A stretch of 64,000 nt of DNA from contig JAIRKQ010000006.1 in assembly GCA_031260055.1 (NCBI GenBank), positions 7,713-71,712 on the forward strand. Direction: 5' to 3'. The notes below the pieces were generated by a model. The model saw only the letters and a list, made by a program, of their open reading frames with translations, was not told the DNA's origin and made no database searches. Each line of letters starts with the position of its first letter. Positions within the stretch are counted from its first letter, which is position 1. Shown in pieces: positions 38,051 to 48,330 of this stretch. A program made the translations under genes and the position numbers. Source of the DNA: Puniceicoccales bacterium. Its GTDB lineage: Bacteria; Verrucomicrobiota; Verrucomicrobiia; Opitutales; JAIRKQ01.

Positions 38051-39658
38051 ATGAAAAATACATGGCTATTTCTTATAATTTCTCTATGTATACTCGCCGG
38101 ATGTAAAAAAAAGGAAGTAGATACTGTCCAACAAAATTTAAGGATATCTTCTCCAAATGAACTACTAAATGCGGATCCACAACAGGTATACAGTAGCAGT
38201 GACCGTAAGATTATGCAGGCCGTTTTTGAAGGTTTGGTTGTTCCAGATCCTGAAACAATGAAACCGCTGCCCGGTGTAGCAGAACGGTGGAGTGTATCGC
38301 CTGATAAAAAAGTATACGAGTTCTTCCTAAGGGACAATGCCATATGGTCCGATGGAACTCCTGTTACGGCGGGAGATTTTGTCTATGCTGTCAAACGAGC
38401 ACTATCATCTAAATTCGCCTGTGCGTCGGTAGACGTATTTTTCCCTGTTCTCAATGCGAAAGCATTTTTCAATAGGAAAATGCGCAACTTTTCCATGGTT
38501 GGGATACGTGCAATAAATTCTCGAACGTTGATAATTGAATTGGAGAAAAGCGATCCGTACTTTCTAATAACCCTGATGCACCAATGCTGGTTTCCGTTAA
38601 ACGATAAGGTTGTTGCATCGCTAGAAGAATATACTCGTCCCTTGGACGACTTTTCCAATGCTTTTAAATTAAAAATCATTTCCAATGGCCCATTCACTTT
38701 TGCGGAAAGAAGGCCAGGGGTAAGTTTGTTTTTGAAAAAAAATCCTAAATATTGGGATGTCGACAACGTATTGCTGTCATCGGTAACATTTCTCGCAAAA
38801 AACAATCAAACCGTGGCCGTAAAAGATTTTTTAGAGAGGCAGATAGATATCGTTGAACTTCAATGGGACGATGAAAATACAATTGGAGATTGTTCGCGAG
38901 ACAAAGAATTGATGCTATCTCCAGCATTCGAGTGTTTTGGCCTCGCATTTAATGTTACAAACCCTGTTTTTCAAAATAAAAATATTAGGCTTGCCATGGC
39001 TCTGTCTATTGATCGAGAAAAGTTGTTAGCCAAAATGGGAAAAAATAAAATGTTTGCAGCCTATAGTTTTATCCCAACCTATGATACAAAGTACGATAGT
39101 ACACCTCTGTTCAGGCAAGATATTCAGTTAGCACGTAAACTATTTGAAGAAGCAGGCTATAATTCTACGACAAAATTTCCTCCCGTAAGAATATTGTGCA
39201 ACACCTTGGATGCCGGAACATATGCCATAGCTCTAGAACAGATTAGAGAAGATTGGAAAAATGTTCTAGGGATAGATACTTTCATAGATAATAGAGGTTT
39301 TGACTCTTTTTTTGCCCACAGAAAGAAAACAAGTTTTGATATGATCAAAATTTCATTTGGAGGTTTGCATTGCAACCCTGCATTTATGATGCGCATTTTT
39401 GCGTCCCAAGATCCTAATAACCATGGCAAGTGGGAAGACCCAACCTACGATGAAATGTTCAAACGAATCGAAAAAACCACTAACAAGAAAAAACTGAGAA
39501 GGTTAACAAGGGAGGCGGAATTGTACCTAATCGGTGAAATGCCAGCCATACCGTTGTTTTTTAATTCCCATTCATTTTTGGTAAGAAAACGCATGAGAGG
39601 GTGGTTCCCCAATCCAATGAATATGCATCCACTTAAGTTTGTTTACTTTGCCTATTGA
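38051..39658 (+). CDS. oppA: Peptide ABC transporter substrate-binding lipoprotein (OppA-like)
   Basis: Lipobox LAGC, FEGLV...PGVAERW.VS.D...Y.F.LR.A.WSDGTPVTAGDF, SNGPF, KNPKYWD. Confidence 0.9.
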   Translation: MKNTWLFLIISLCILAGCKKKEVDTVQQNLRISSPNELLNADPQQVYSSSDRKIMQAVFEGLVVPDPETMKPLPGVAERWSVSPDKKVYEFFLRDNAIWSDGTPVTAGDFVYAVKRALSSKFACASVDVFFPVLNAKAFFNRKMRNFSMVGIRAINSRTLIIELEKSDPYFLITLMHQCWFPLNDKVVASLEEYTRPLDDFSNAFKLKIISNGPFTFAERRPGVSLFLKKNPKYWDVDNVLLSSVTFLAKNNQTVAVKDFLERQIDIVELQWDDENTIGDCSRDKELMLSPAFECFGLAFNVTNPVFQNKNIRLAMALSIDREKLLAKMGKNKMFAAYSFIPTYDTKYDSTPLFRQDIQLARKLFEEAGYNSTTKFPPVRILCNTLDAGTYAIALEQIREDWKNVLGIDTFIDNRGFDSFFAHRKKTSFDMIKISFGGLHCNPAFMMRIFASQDPNNHGKWEDPTYDEMFKRIEKTTNKKKLRRLTREAELYLIGEMPAIPLFFNSHSFLVRKRMRGWFPNPMNMHPLKFVYFAY

Positions 39659-40150
39659 AATGTTTTCAGCCGATCTATTAGCTTCTGTCTTATACTTTGC
39701 TATTTTCCCCATAAAATAATTGCATCCGCATTGGCTATCCTGTATGTTCAGTGAAAGTCCCGTAAAAGTATTCGTAATCGAGCAATTTGAAGAAGACATA
39801 AAACAAATGTTATTATGCGGCTGTGCTTTTCTTGCAATTCGTTCCACCAAAGAATCATCTTCGTACATTATCGTAAACAAACAGTTGCCGTTAATGGCAG
39901 CATCCATGCGTTTCAAAGAGTCTAGCATTGCATCAATGGCAAAATCCAGGTCGGTAAAATTTGGTAAATACCACTCATAGACTTTGGCAAAGGAAAAATT
40001 TCCCTCGCAGGATGCTTTTTCATCCACTAATAAAAGTATGGCATCAAATTTTCCCATAAAATATATTTCATGGATAGTAAGGGCGGTACTTTGATCAATG
40101 GATCCATCGACATTCGGTAGTAAAATAGGCGAAACGACTAGAATATTCAT
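39572..40150 (-). CDS. Hypothetical protein, weakly ETF N-terminal-domain-like; overlaps the 3' end of oppA
   Basis: ORF fills a ~590-bp gap; MNILVV start with an alternating beta/alpha pattern; convergent 87-bp overlap with oppA. Confidence 0.45.
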   Translation of the reverse strand: MNILVVSPILLPNVDGSIDQSTALTIHEIYFMGKFDAILLLVDEKASCEGNFSFAKVYEWYLPNFTDLDFAIDAMLDSLKRMDAAINGNCLFTIMYEDDSLVERIARKAQPHNNICFMSSSNCSITNTFTGLSLNIQDSQCGCNYFMGKIAKYKTEANRSAENISIGKVNKLKWMHIHWIGEPPSHAFSYQK

Positions 40151-40249
40151 AGCGGGGATACCTACGTTAAACAAGTAATCAGACAAGAATTTTTTGTAAA
40201 CAACAATTTGTTTTGCATATACAGAAACTTTTTGTACACTTTGACAAGA

Positions 40250-42253
40250 ATGAGATCGAAGAGGGTTAGGTTTTATACATTGGTTTTGGCAGCTACTTTG
40301 TCGTTATCTGCCGAACCATCCTTGAATAACATCGAAGAATTACAACGAAAAATATTCATCCAATCTACCAAATTTGATTCTAGTAATCCAATATCAGAAA
40401 TAACAACAGAAATAAATTCAACGGACAACGAAACACCTCCCGTAGTCAAATCAAGGAGAAAAAAAACCAATACCACATTTTTTAGCAGCAAAAATTCCCT
40501 TCACCAAGCCACTTGCCAAACCACTCGCCAAACCACCCGGAAAGAATTATTAGAAGAGGTTGATTTAAATTGGCAAACGTCTGCCCCAAAAGATTCGATT
40601 TTAGACAACCATTCAGCCTCTGACTTACATGAAAATACGCTTTTCGAGAGGGCAAATAGAATTATCATTCCCCGAGTAAGATTTATAAATACCCCTCTGT
40701 CACGGGTAATTGAATCGTTGGCCAACATGGCGGAGGTCAATGATCCCTCTGCCGATAATAATGGAAATGGAACAAACATTGTATTGCTTGGAATGGAAAG
40801 TGTAGAAAAAGAACCGGTGGTAAATTTAAATTTGAAAAACATTTCTTTCGGCCGTTTGATTGAATTGATTGCCCGATCGGTTTCCTGTCAATTTGATATC
40901 ACCCAAGATACGATCATTATTTATAAACATGACATAACCGAAGGCGTATTAGATATGCAATTTTTCCCCATATCTCGAGCAACTCTGGTTCGGTTAACAG
41001 GAATTCAAGGCATAAATCATCACATATACAATTCTCCAGGCTCCCCAGAAAATGTTGCCGATGAAGAACGTGCCATAAAAGAATTTTTTCAACGGGCAGG
41101 AATAGATTTCAAAGACATTACCGGTAGCAATTTAGCATTCGATGGTTCTCAGATAATAGTTACCAATACGGGAAGAAATTTAAGAAAAATTAGCAACATA
41201 CTTCGAAAATACTCCGAAGTTAAACAGGTCGAAATTGAGACGAAGTTTCTGGAAGTTCAGCAAGGAGTGCTCGATGAGTTAGGCTTTCGTTGGCAATTTG
41301 GAAGTAGAAACGCTGACAATAAAATATTTTTTCAAACCGGAAAAACCGTTGATAATTCACAGCGTGACAATCTGCGTACGCTAGTAGAAACATTTGCATC
41401 TACAAATTTTTCAAGGGGGGATGGTAAAATAGTTGAATCCAATCCAGACATCAGCCCCATTACTTTACCAAATCAACCGCCCGGGCTTCCGGGGCAAATA
41501 AACTTGGGAGCATCAGCCATACCTCTGACGAATTTTACCGGCGTATTAAATAGTCTACAGTGCAATGTTATGATTCAAGCATTGGAACAACACGCCGGGT
41601 CAGATCTTATGAGTGCTCCAAAGCTAACAGTGCTTTCTGGAAAAACGGCAGAAATTGTCATAGCCATGGAATTACGCTATCCCCAAAGCTATGGGGATAC
41701 ACATTCCGAAGTTGGCACAGGGTATTCCGGCTTGGGCACGTCGAGCTCCGCTGGAGTGACGATAACGGCTGGTACACCACAAAATTTTACCACGCGCAAC
41801 GTTGGTGTAGAAATGAGTGTAACTCCCATCGTCGAAGTGGATGGCAGCATCAGTTTGCAACTTGAACCAAAGGTTACCGAATTCGAAGGGTTTGTCGAAT
41901 ATGGTGGAGTAAATGTCGCCGTAACGTCGGGCAGTACGGTTACCATTCCTTCCGGATTTTACCAGCCGATATTTTCAACGCGAGAAATCCACACAGAAGT
42001 TAATGTTTTCGACGGAGCAACCGTTGTCATGGGCGGTCTAACCCGCGAAGAAGTAAAAGAGGTGAATGACAAAGTTCCCATATTGGGTAACATTCCTCTG
42101 CTCGGCAAGTTGTTTAGATCGAAAAGTGAAACCATCCAGAAACGAAACCTGTTGATTTTTGTCACTGCCCACACCATCTCCCCTTTGGGAATCAAAAAAT
42201 TATTGCCTAATGTGGAACAATCCCCGATAGTTCCGACCCAAAGCTCAAAGTGA
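40250..42253 (+). CDS. Type II secretion / type IV pilus-like secretin (GspD/PilQ family)
   Basis: Signal peptide, STN/N3 domains, QVEIETKFLEV, LMSAPKLTVLSG..A, VGVEMSVTP, GATVVMGGL, KVPILGNIPLLGKLFRS. Confidence 0.88.
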   Translation: MRSKRVRFYTLVLAATLSLSAEPSLNNIEELQRKIFIQSTKFDSSNPISEITTEINSTDNETPPVVKSRRKKTNTTFFSSKNSLHQATCQTTRQTTRKELLEEVDLNWQTSAPKDSILDNHSASDLHENTLFERANRIIIPRVRFINTPLSRVIESLANMAEVNDPSADNNGNGTNIVLLGMESVEKEPVVNLNLKNISFGRLIELIARSVSCQFDITQDTIIIYKHDITEGVLDMQFFPISRATLVRLTGIQGINHHIYNSPGSPENVADEERAIKEFFQRAGIDFKDITGSNLAFDGSQIIVTNTGRNLRKISNILRKYSEVKQVEIETKFLEVQQGVLDELGFRWQFGSRNADNKIFFQTGKTVDNSQRDNLRTLVETFASTNFSRGDGKIVESNPDISPITLPNQPPGLPGQINLGASAIPLTNFTGVLNSLQCNVMIQALEQHAGSDLMSAPKLTVLSGKTAEIVIAMELRYPQSYGDTHSEVGTGYSGLGTSSSAGVTITAGTPQNFTTRNVGVEMSVTPIVEVDGSISLQLEPKVTEFEGFVEYGGVNVAVTSGSTVTIPSGFYQPIFSTREIHTEVNVFDGATVVMGGLTREEVKEVNDKVPILGNIPLLGKLFRSKSETIQKRNLLIFVTAHTISPLGIKKLLPNVEQSPIVPTQSSK

Positions 42254-42415
42254 CATTTTGACGAACGATGCTATCAAAGGAGTCCATCATTCCATCGATT
42301 TTTAGAATAGTGATGGGAGCAAAAAATCTCCAAACGATATGTTGCTTTTGAAAGTTTTGCCGCAATGAAATAATATGCTTGACTTGAGGTGGCAATTATG
42401 GAATTTGATACACCC

Positions 42416-43936
42416 ATGCTATCCACGGTTCAGTCCTGTGCATTGCGAGGTATTGACGCCGTTAATATCGCCGTTGAAGTCAATTCCGGTGAGCGAGGAG
42501 ATTTAAAATTTATAATCGTTGGGTTGCCTGACACAGCCATAAAGGAATCCTGTGACAGGATATTTTCTGCTCTTGTAAACAGTGGCTATGCCATTCCTTA
42601 CACCAGAACAACCGTAAACTTAGCACCTTCCTATATCAAGAAAGAAGGATCTTTCTACGACTTGCCTATTGCCCTCGGTGTAATTCAGAGCACGGGGCAA
42701 TCCTACCTCCATAATTTAAGTGAGTTCATAGTTGCCGGAGAACTGGGGCTATCTGGGAAAATTCGAGAAATAAAGGGCGGCCTTACCTTTGCCATAAAGG
42801 CCAAAAAGGAAAGAAAAAAGCTGCTGCTACCTGTGGAGGCTGCCCAGGAGGCATCATTTGTCGACGGTGTGGAAATTTTCGCGGTGAGTAATCTAAACGA
42901 AGCGGTTAAATTTTTAACCGGTCAGATAAAATTAGATCCCCTGAAACACAGGAATTTTCTTAGCCTACTAAAAAATGAAGACCGCCTAGACTTTTCCGAA
43001 GTAAAAGGCCAAGAAAGTTTACGCAGGGCCGTAGAAATAGCCGTTGCCGGAGCCCATAATATTCTAATGATCGGACCTCCCGGCGCTGGAAAATCGATGA
43101 TTGCCAAACGTATCCCGAGCATAATGCCCATGCCAATCTTCGATGAATTCTTAGAAACGATGAGTATTTATTCGGCGGCAGGATTACTCATGGCAGAAAA
43201 AAATGCCCACTTCGAACGTCCATTCCGGTCTCCCCATCATACGATTAGCAACGCAGGTTTACTTGGAGGAGGCAGCGTTCCATGCCCGGGAGAGATTTCA
43301 TTGGCCCACAACGGGGTATTGTTTTTGGACGAGCTATCGGAATTTCGCCGCACAACCCTAGAGTCTTTGCGCCAACCATTGGAAGATGGCAATGTGACGA
43401 TTTCCAGGAGTTCTGGAAAGGTAAAATTTCCTTGCCGGACGATGATTGTCGGGGCAATGAATCCATGCCCATGTGGATATTTGGGGGATAAAACGCGCAA
43501 ATGCAAATGTAGCCACTTGGATATTCAACGGTATAGGTCTCGTATCAGTGGACCGATGATGGATAGGTTCGACATACAGATAAACGTCCCTGCCGTTTCA
43601 ATTGAAGATATTCAGTCAAAAAATTTTTCCGAATCATCCACGGACATACGGGTTCGCATAGAAAAAGCATCAAAAATTCAAATGGAACGATTCAAATCTT
43701 CGAAGAATGGACGCAATGCTCACATGTCCCACGGCGAAGTGGTGGAATTTTGCAGGGTCGATGAGGAATCATCCGATCTGTTGGCGACGGCTATGAAACA
43801 ACTGGGCCTCTCCGCCAGAGCCTATGATAAAATTTTAAAAGTTAGTCGCACAATTGCAGATTTGGAATGTGAAGAAAAAATTTTACCACATCACATTTTA
43901 GAATCCATTCAGTACCGTTCCCTAGAGAGATCATAG
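42416..43936 (+). CDS. comM: YifB/ComM Mg-chelatase-like AAA+ ATPase
   Basis: [94 protein letters not shown]. Confidence 0.95.
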   Translation: MLSTVQSCALRGIDAVNIAVEVNSGERGDLKFIIVGLPDTAIKESCDRIFSALVNSGYAIPYTRTTVNLAPSYIKKEGSFYDLPIALGVIQSTGQSYLHNLSEFIVAGELGLSGKIREIKGGLTFAIKAKKERKKLLLPVEAAQEASFVDGVEIFAVSNLNEAVKFLTGQIKLDPLKHRNFLSLLKNEDRLDFSEVKGQESLRRAVEIAVAGAHNILMIGPPGAGKSMIAKRIPSIMPMPIFDEFLETMSIYSAAGLLMAEKNAHFERPFRSPHHTISNAGLLGGGSVPCPGEISLAHNGVLFLDELSEFRRTTLESLRQPLEDGNVTISRSSGKVKFPCRTMIVGAMNPCPCGYLGDKTRKCKCSHLDIQRYRSRISGPMMDRFDIQINVPAVSIEDIQSKNFSESSTDIRVRIEKASKIQMERFKSSKNGRNAHMSHGEVVEFCRVDEESSDLLATAMKQLGLSARAYDKILKVSRTIADLECEEKILPHHILESIQYRSLERS

Positions 43937-44096
43937 GCTAACGATTGCAAGAAGCTTCGCATATCCCTCCCCAAAAAAGGATATAATTAGCAAGGTACGG
44001 AAAACGGAAGAGATAAATACTTTTTTATTTTACATAAAAGTAAAATTTTCTGAAAACACTTGACTTTTTAGGTAAATATTACACACTATTGACATA

Positions 44097-44954
44097 ATGC
44101 GCAAAAAAAATAATATTTTGGTAGTATTCCTTCTGGCTGCACTATGTGCAGTTTCAATTTCTTTTCATTTAAACCATAAAAAGTTGAAAAAGGAAGCTTC
44201 CGGCTTAGTCAGAGAAATTACTACAAAAAATTGTCCAAGGACGATTATAAATTGCCCACGATCAATTGCAAGAAAGCCAGTGTTTGTTTCCTACGCACAA
44301 GTTTTTGAAGATATAATTTTGTACAATGTTTTGAGTGACGTTAGAGATGGTTTCTACATTGATGTCGGGGCTGGGCACCCTATCGTGGATTCTGTGACAA
44401 AGTTTTTTTACGAGGAAGGATATCATGGGATAAATATCGAACCTCTTTTGCACGAATATAATATGCTTAAAGAAAATAGACCCCGGGACATTAATCTATG
44501 TGTTTGTGCTGGGGCAGAAAGCGGGGAACTGGAACTTTACGAAAGAGGTGGGTTTTCCACACTAGATGTAAATATTGCTAACAAATGGGATAAGGTTCCT
44601 TTGCCAAGAAAAGTTAAGGTTGTTCCTCTATCACGGGTTTGTAGAGAATATTGCCCAAAGGGCCAGGAAATCCAGTTTTGTAAAATAAATGTGGAAGGGT
44701 ATGAAAGAGAAGTTCTTCTGGGGTTCGATTTTAAGAACTTTAGACCAAAAATATTTCTCATAGAGGCTACGGAGCCATGTACAATGATTCCAACCGAACA
44801 AAAATGGGAGGAAATTTTACTGAATAATGGATATGAATTTGCGTATCAATACGGCGTAAATCGATACTACGTCGACAGTAAGTTTCCTAACCTAAAGGAA
44901 AAATTTGTCGGAATGGGGAAAATAATAGATAAATATATCATCGTGAAATGGTAA
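44097..44954 (+). CDS. FkbM-family SAM-dependent methyltransferase with an N-terminal membrane anchor
   Basis: SYAQ..ED, GFYIDVGA.HP..DSVT..FY..G..GINIEP, KINVEGYEREVL, FRPKI..IE; hydrophobic N-terminus. Confidence 0.88.
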   Translation: MRKKNNILVVFLLAALCAVSISFHLNHKKLKKEASGLVREITTKNCPRTIINCPRSIARKPVFVSYAQVFEDIILYNVLSDVRDGFYIDVGAGHPIVDSVTKFFYEEGYHGINIEPLLHEYNMLKENRPRDINLCVCAGAESGELELYERGGFSTLDVNIANKWDKVPLPRKVKVVPLSRVCREYCPKGQEIQFCKINVEGYEREVLLGFDFKNFRPKIFLIEATEPCTMIPTEQKWEEILLNNGYEFAYQYGVNRYYVDSKFPNLKEKFVGMGKIIDKYIIVKW

Positions 44955-45160
44955 TTTTTTGAGTTCGGAGCTGTATGTAGCTGTATTTTTACATATCCTA
45001 TCTTTGCAATTGCATAAATTAACATTGGATGCCGTCGTTAAATTTTGATAAAATATAGCTTTGGCAGTCGGAAAACCGTATGTGAACAAAATACCTTTTC
45101 ATTCTATGCAAAAACGAAAGATACTTGACGTTTTAAAAACAGATATTACGCAACATTAGC

Positions 45161-46048
45161 ATGATGTGTAAAAAGCATATTATTTTGATAATATTCCTTC
45201 TGGCTATACTATGTACAGTTTTAATTTCTTTTCATTTAAACCATAAAAGGTTGAAAAAAGCAGTTACGAGGCTAAAGCAAAGTAGCATGCAAAGTAGCTG
45301 TTTCTTTGGAAAACGTGCGCTAACCATAATGAAATATTTCGCCCCGAAAAATATTGTTGGTAAAAATCTCATCCGACTTGGCCGTGACTATGATGGAGGG
45401 TATATTATGGTAGATGACTTCGGCAAGTGTGATGCCGCTTATAGCTTCGGAATTGCCGATGATGTTTCATGGGACCTCGATATCGCGAAAAGAGGAATCG
45501 ACGTATTTATGTATGACCATACAATAAAAAATTTGCCACTTAAAAATGAACATTTTCATTTTTTCAAAACTGGAATTTGTGGCACATCCGGGGAAGATGC
45601 GAATTTAAAAACACTTGAAGAAATTTTAACCGAAAATGGTCATATGACCAACAAGAACCTTATCCTAAAAATTGATGTCGAAGGAGCAGAGTGGGAAGCT
45701 TTTAGCAAAACATCAAGTGAAATTATAGAAAATTTTTCACAAATAGCAGTTGAATTTCATGGGGTAGATGACGTTTACGATGAAAATAAATTTAACACCA
45801 TTCTAAACGTACTTGAAAAATTAAACGCAACACATCAAGTTGTGCATGTTCACGCTGTCAATTATAGCACTTTTAACATAATTGGAGGGGTTCCATTGCC
45901 TAACGTGTTCGAGGTCACCTATTTGCGCAAAAGAGACAATCAATTTGTTCCTAGCTATAAATGTTATCCAGTGCAGGACTTGGACATGCCATGCAAGCCC
46001 GATACAGCAGATCTTTTTCTGGGTTTCTATGGGATGTTTGCGGATTAA
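45161..46048 (+). CDS. FkbM-related methyltransferase (different subfamily) with an N-terminal membrane anchor
   Basis: LIRLGRDYDGGY, AYSFGI..DVSWD, VFMYDHTI, ILKIDVEGAEW, QIAVEFH, VHVHAVN, EVTYLR. Confidence 0.85.
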   Translation: MMCKKHIILIIFLLAILCTVLISFHLNHKRLKKAVTRLKQSSMQSSCFFGKRALTIMKYFAPKNIVGKNLIRLGRDYDGGYIMVDDFGKCDAAYSFGIADDVSWDLDIAKRGIDVFMYDHTIKNLPLKNEHFHFFKTGICGTSGEDANLKTLEEILTENGHMTNKNLILKIDVEGAEWEAFSKTSSEIIENFSQIAVEFHGVDDVYDENKFNTILNVLEKLNATHQVVHVHAVNYSTFNIIGGVPLPNVFEVTYLRKRDNQFVPSYKCYPVQDLDMPCKPDTADLFLGFYGMFAD

Positions 46049-46133
46049 ATAAATTAACATGGTAGTGGAATTGTCGGAATTGGAATATATCGTAATTGAC
46101 TATTAAGTCTTTTCAATTACGGTTTCCAAAAAT

Positions 46134-47303
46134 ATGATCATTAAACCTAAAACACGCGGTTTCATATCCCTAACAGCTCATCCCAAGGGATGTGAAGAGA
46201 ATGTAAGGCAACAAATTACATTTGCAGAAAAACACAATATTTCCAATGCTCCTAAAAATGTCCTGGTCATTGGGGCTTCTACGGGTTATGGGTTGGCAAG
46301 CAGAATCACACTAGCCTTCGGTGGAAGAGCAAATACCATAGGGGTGTTCTTTGAACGTCCATCCGAAAAGGACAAACCTGCCTCTGCCGGCTGGTATAAT
46401 TCGATCGCCTTCAAAAAATTCGCAGAACAGAATGGTCTATTGGCAGAAAATATAAACGGTGATGCTTTTTCATCCGATGTAAAGGAGCGAGTAATAGATT
46501 TGATAAAGCAAAAATTTGGACAGATAGACTGCGTGGTGTACAGTTTAGCTTCCCCAAAAAGAACAGATCCTTTTACCGGTGAGGTTTTTAAATCAGTCCT
46601 TAAGCCCATAGGGGAACCCTTCACGGGGAAAACCGTCAACGTTGACAAAAACGAAGTCTACGAGGTAACCATCGAACCGGCTACGGCAGAGGAAGTACGG
46701 GCAACGGAAAAAGTAATGGGGGGTGAAGATTGGGAATTGTGGATACAGGCCCTACACAATGAAAAGCTACTGGCAAGTGATGTCAAAACCATCGCCTATT
46801 CGTATATTGGTCCTGAAATCACCTGGCCAATCTATACAAATGGAACCATAGGAGCAGCCAAGGATGATTTAATGCGGGCAATGGAAGCAATAAGGTTTTT
46901 GTTGGATGATATCGGGGGACAAGCAATCATTTCCGTCAACAAAGCTGTTGTAACCCAGGCTAGTGCTGCCATACCGGTGGTCCCCCTGTATATTTCAATC
47001 CTTTTCAAAATTATGCAAGAAAAGGGGATCCACGAAGGGTGCATAGAGCAAATGGTCAGATTATTTAGCGAAAGATTATATGGATCCCATGCCGGTAAAT
47101 CCTTGGATGAACATGGTCGCATTCGACTGGATGATTTCGAACTAAACCGGGATGTTCAAGATGCTGTCGCCAAAATTTGGCCGAAAATTTCTACGGAAAA
47201 CTTGAAAGAGCTTTCAGATATAGATGGATATAAGCAAGAATTTTTAAAACTTTTTGGTTTCGAGTTGGCTTCCATAGACTACGACGAAGATGTCGAAATT
47301 TAA
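46134..47303 (+). CDS. fabV: Trans-2-enoyl-CoA / enoyl-ACP reductase FabV
   Basis: MIIKPKTRGFI..TAHP.GC, IGASTGYGLASR, YSLASPKR, MGGEDW, YSYIGP, GTIGAAK, HEGCIEQ. Confidence 0.96.
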   Translation: MIIKPKTRGFISLTAHPKGCEENVRQQITFAEKHNISNAPKNVLVIGASTGYGLASRITLAFGGRANTIGVFFERPSEKDKPASAGWYNSIAFKKFAEQNGLLAENINGDAFSSDVKERVIDLIKQKFGQIDCVVYSLASPKRTDPFTGEVFKSVLKPIGEPFTGKTVNVDKNEVYEVTIEPATAEEVRATEKVMGGEDWELWIQALHNEKLLASDVKTIAYSYIGPEITWPIYTNGTIGAAKDDLMRAMEAIRFLLDDIGGQAIISVNKAVVTQASAAIPVVPLYISILFKIMQEKGIHEGCIEQMVRLFSERLYGSHAGKSLDEHGRIRLDDFELNRDVQDAVAKIWPKISTENLKELSDIDGYKQEFLKLFGFELASIDYDEDVEI

Positions 47304-47324
47304 TTAAACCTTTTCAGAAAAATA

Positions 47325-47353
47325 TTGACAATGGTTCGTCAAATATTTAGCAT
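47325..47353 (+). promoter_or_regulatory. Putative sigma70 promoter of sctF
   Basis: TTGACA-17 nt-TAGCAT, then an AAGGAG RBS at 47369-47374. Confidence 0.6.
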
Positions 47354-47380
47354 TTTCAAAATCAAACAAAGGAGTCAATA

Positions 47381-47662
47381 ATGGCAGGAAATTCAAACAA
47401 ATCAATTATCAGTCCTGAGCCGGATAGTATAACGGTAACCCTCGGTAGAATCTATGCCCTTTTAGCTAGCTGCGTTGCAGTAAGCGAAGCAGGGTTAAAT
47501 TGTGCCATTCAGAAGTTAGAAAATGACGATAACATCGGCCAAGAGCAAATGCTTGCACTGCAGGCTAAAATCCAATCATGGGGAAATTTAAGTACTACGT
47601 GCACTGGTCTGTTGCGTGGCGTTGGAGATGCTCTGAAGGGAACAGCGCAAAATGTTCGTTAA
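47381..47662 (+). CDS. sctF: Type III secretion needle subunit (SctF/YscF/CdsF-like)
   Basis: 93-aa helical hairpin; C-terminal QMLALQAKIQSWGNLSTTCTGLLRGVGDALKGTAQNVR follows the needle pattern (PrgI-type ending QNFR); strong RBS. Confidence 0.78.
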   Translation: MAGNSNKSIISPEPDSITVTLGRIYALLASCVAVSEAGLNCAIQKLENDDNIGQEQMLALQAKIQSWGNLSTTCTGLLRGVGDALKGTAQNVR

Positions 47663-47674
47663 TTGGTTTTGTAG

Positions 47675-48094
47675 ATGGATAATGTACCAAGTGACACATC
47701 GAAAAGCGATTTGCCTGTTTCTACGGAGATGGTTCGCTGCTTGATGGAAGTTGGCTATGTTGCCACGGGTCGTGGATTGCAGTCACAGGCTACAAACATT
47801 TTCAATGGGATAGTTGCCGCACGACCAAGTAGTGAATTCCCGTTGATAGGTCTTGCTGTTTGTAAACTCAATTTTGGATACGTCGTCGAGGCAGCTAAAA
47901 TTCTCGCTGAACAGGCATTGAAGTTAAATCCTAGCAGTGGAACAGCCAAGTGTTTCCTAGCAGTTGCTATCAAAGCATTAGGAAAAGAAGCAGAAGCACG
48001 TGATCTAATGCGCCAGGTATGCAACAATACTACTGAGCCAGCTGCTAAGGCTATGGCAGAATCATTTCTTAGCGGCAAAGATGTTTCACCATAA
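47675..48094 (+). CDS. TPR needle chaperone (CdsG/YscG-like)
   Basis: Directly follows sctF; TPR-like helices LMEVGYVA...A..IF, LIGLA, P.S..AKCFLA resemble the chlamydial CdsG pattern. Confidence 0.7.
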   Translation: MDNVPSDTSKSDLPVSTEMVRCLMEVGYVATGRGLQSQATNIFNGIVAARPSSEFPLIGLAVCKLNFGYVVEAAKILAEQALKLNPSSGTAKCFLAVAIKALGKEAEARDLMRQVCNNTTEPAAKAMAESFLSGKDVSP

Positions 48095-48330
48095 TCTATG
48101 AAGGATTCATAAAGAGATTGATGGGGGATCAGAGAAAAAGAGAAAAGACGGCAGAGTAACTCTGATTCGAGGAATGGTAGATAAAAAAGTTGACAAAGGA
48201 ATTTTCCCCAAAAACTCGCAAGGATAAGAATAAGATCGCGTCGTTTTAGGTTTGAACGAAAAAATAGCTTTTGGTAGAAATTTCAAAAAAGGCTTGCGAG
48301 GTTTTAAAAATTTTTATAATTTGCGTGCAA

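Noticed and set aside
44677-44703. KINVEG instead of KIDVEG in the first FkbM methyltransferase as a sign of inactivity
   Set aside because: A single substitution from one base change; not enough without read support or an alignment
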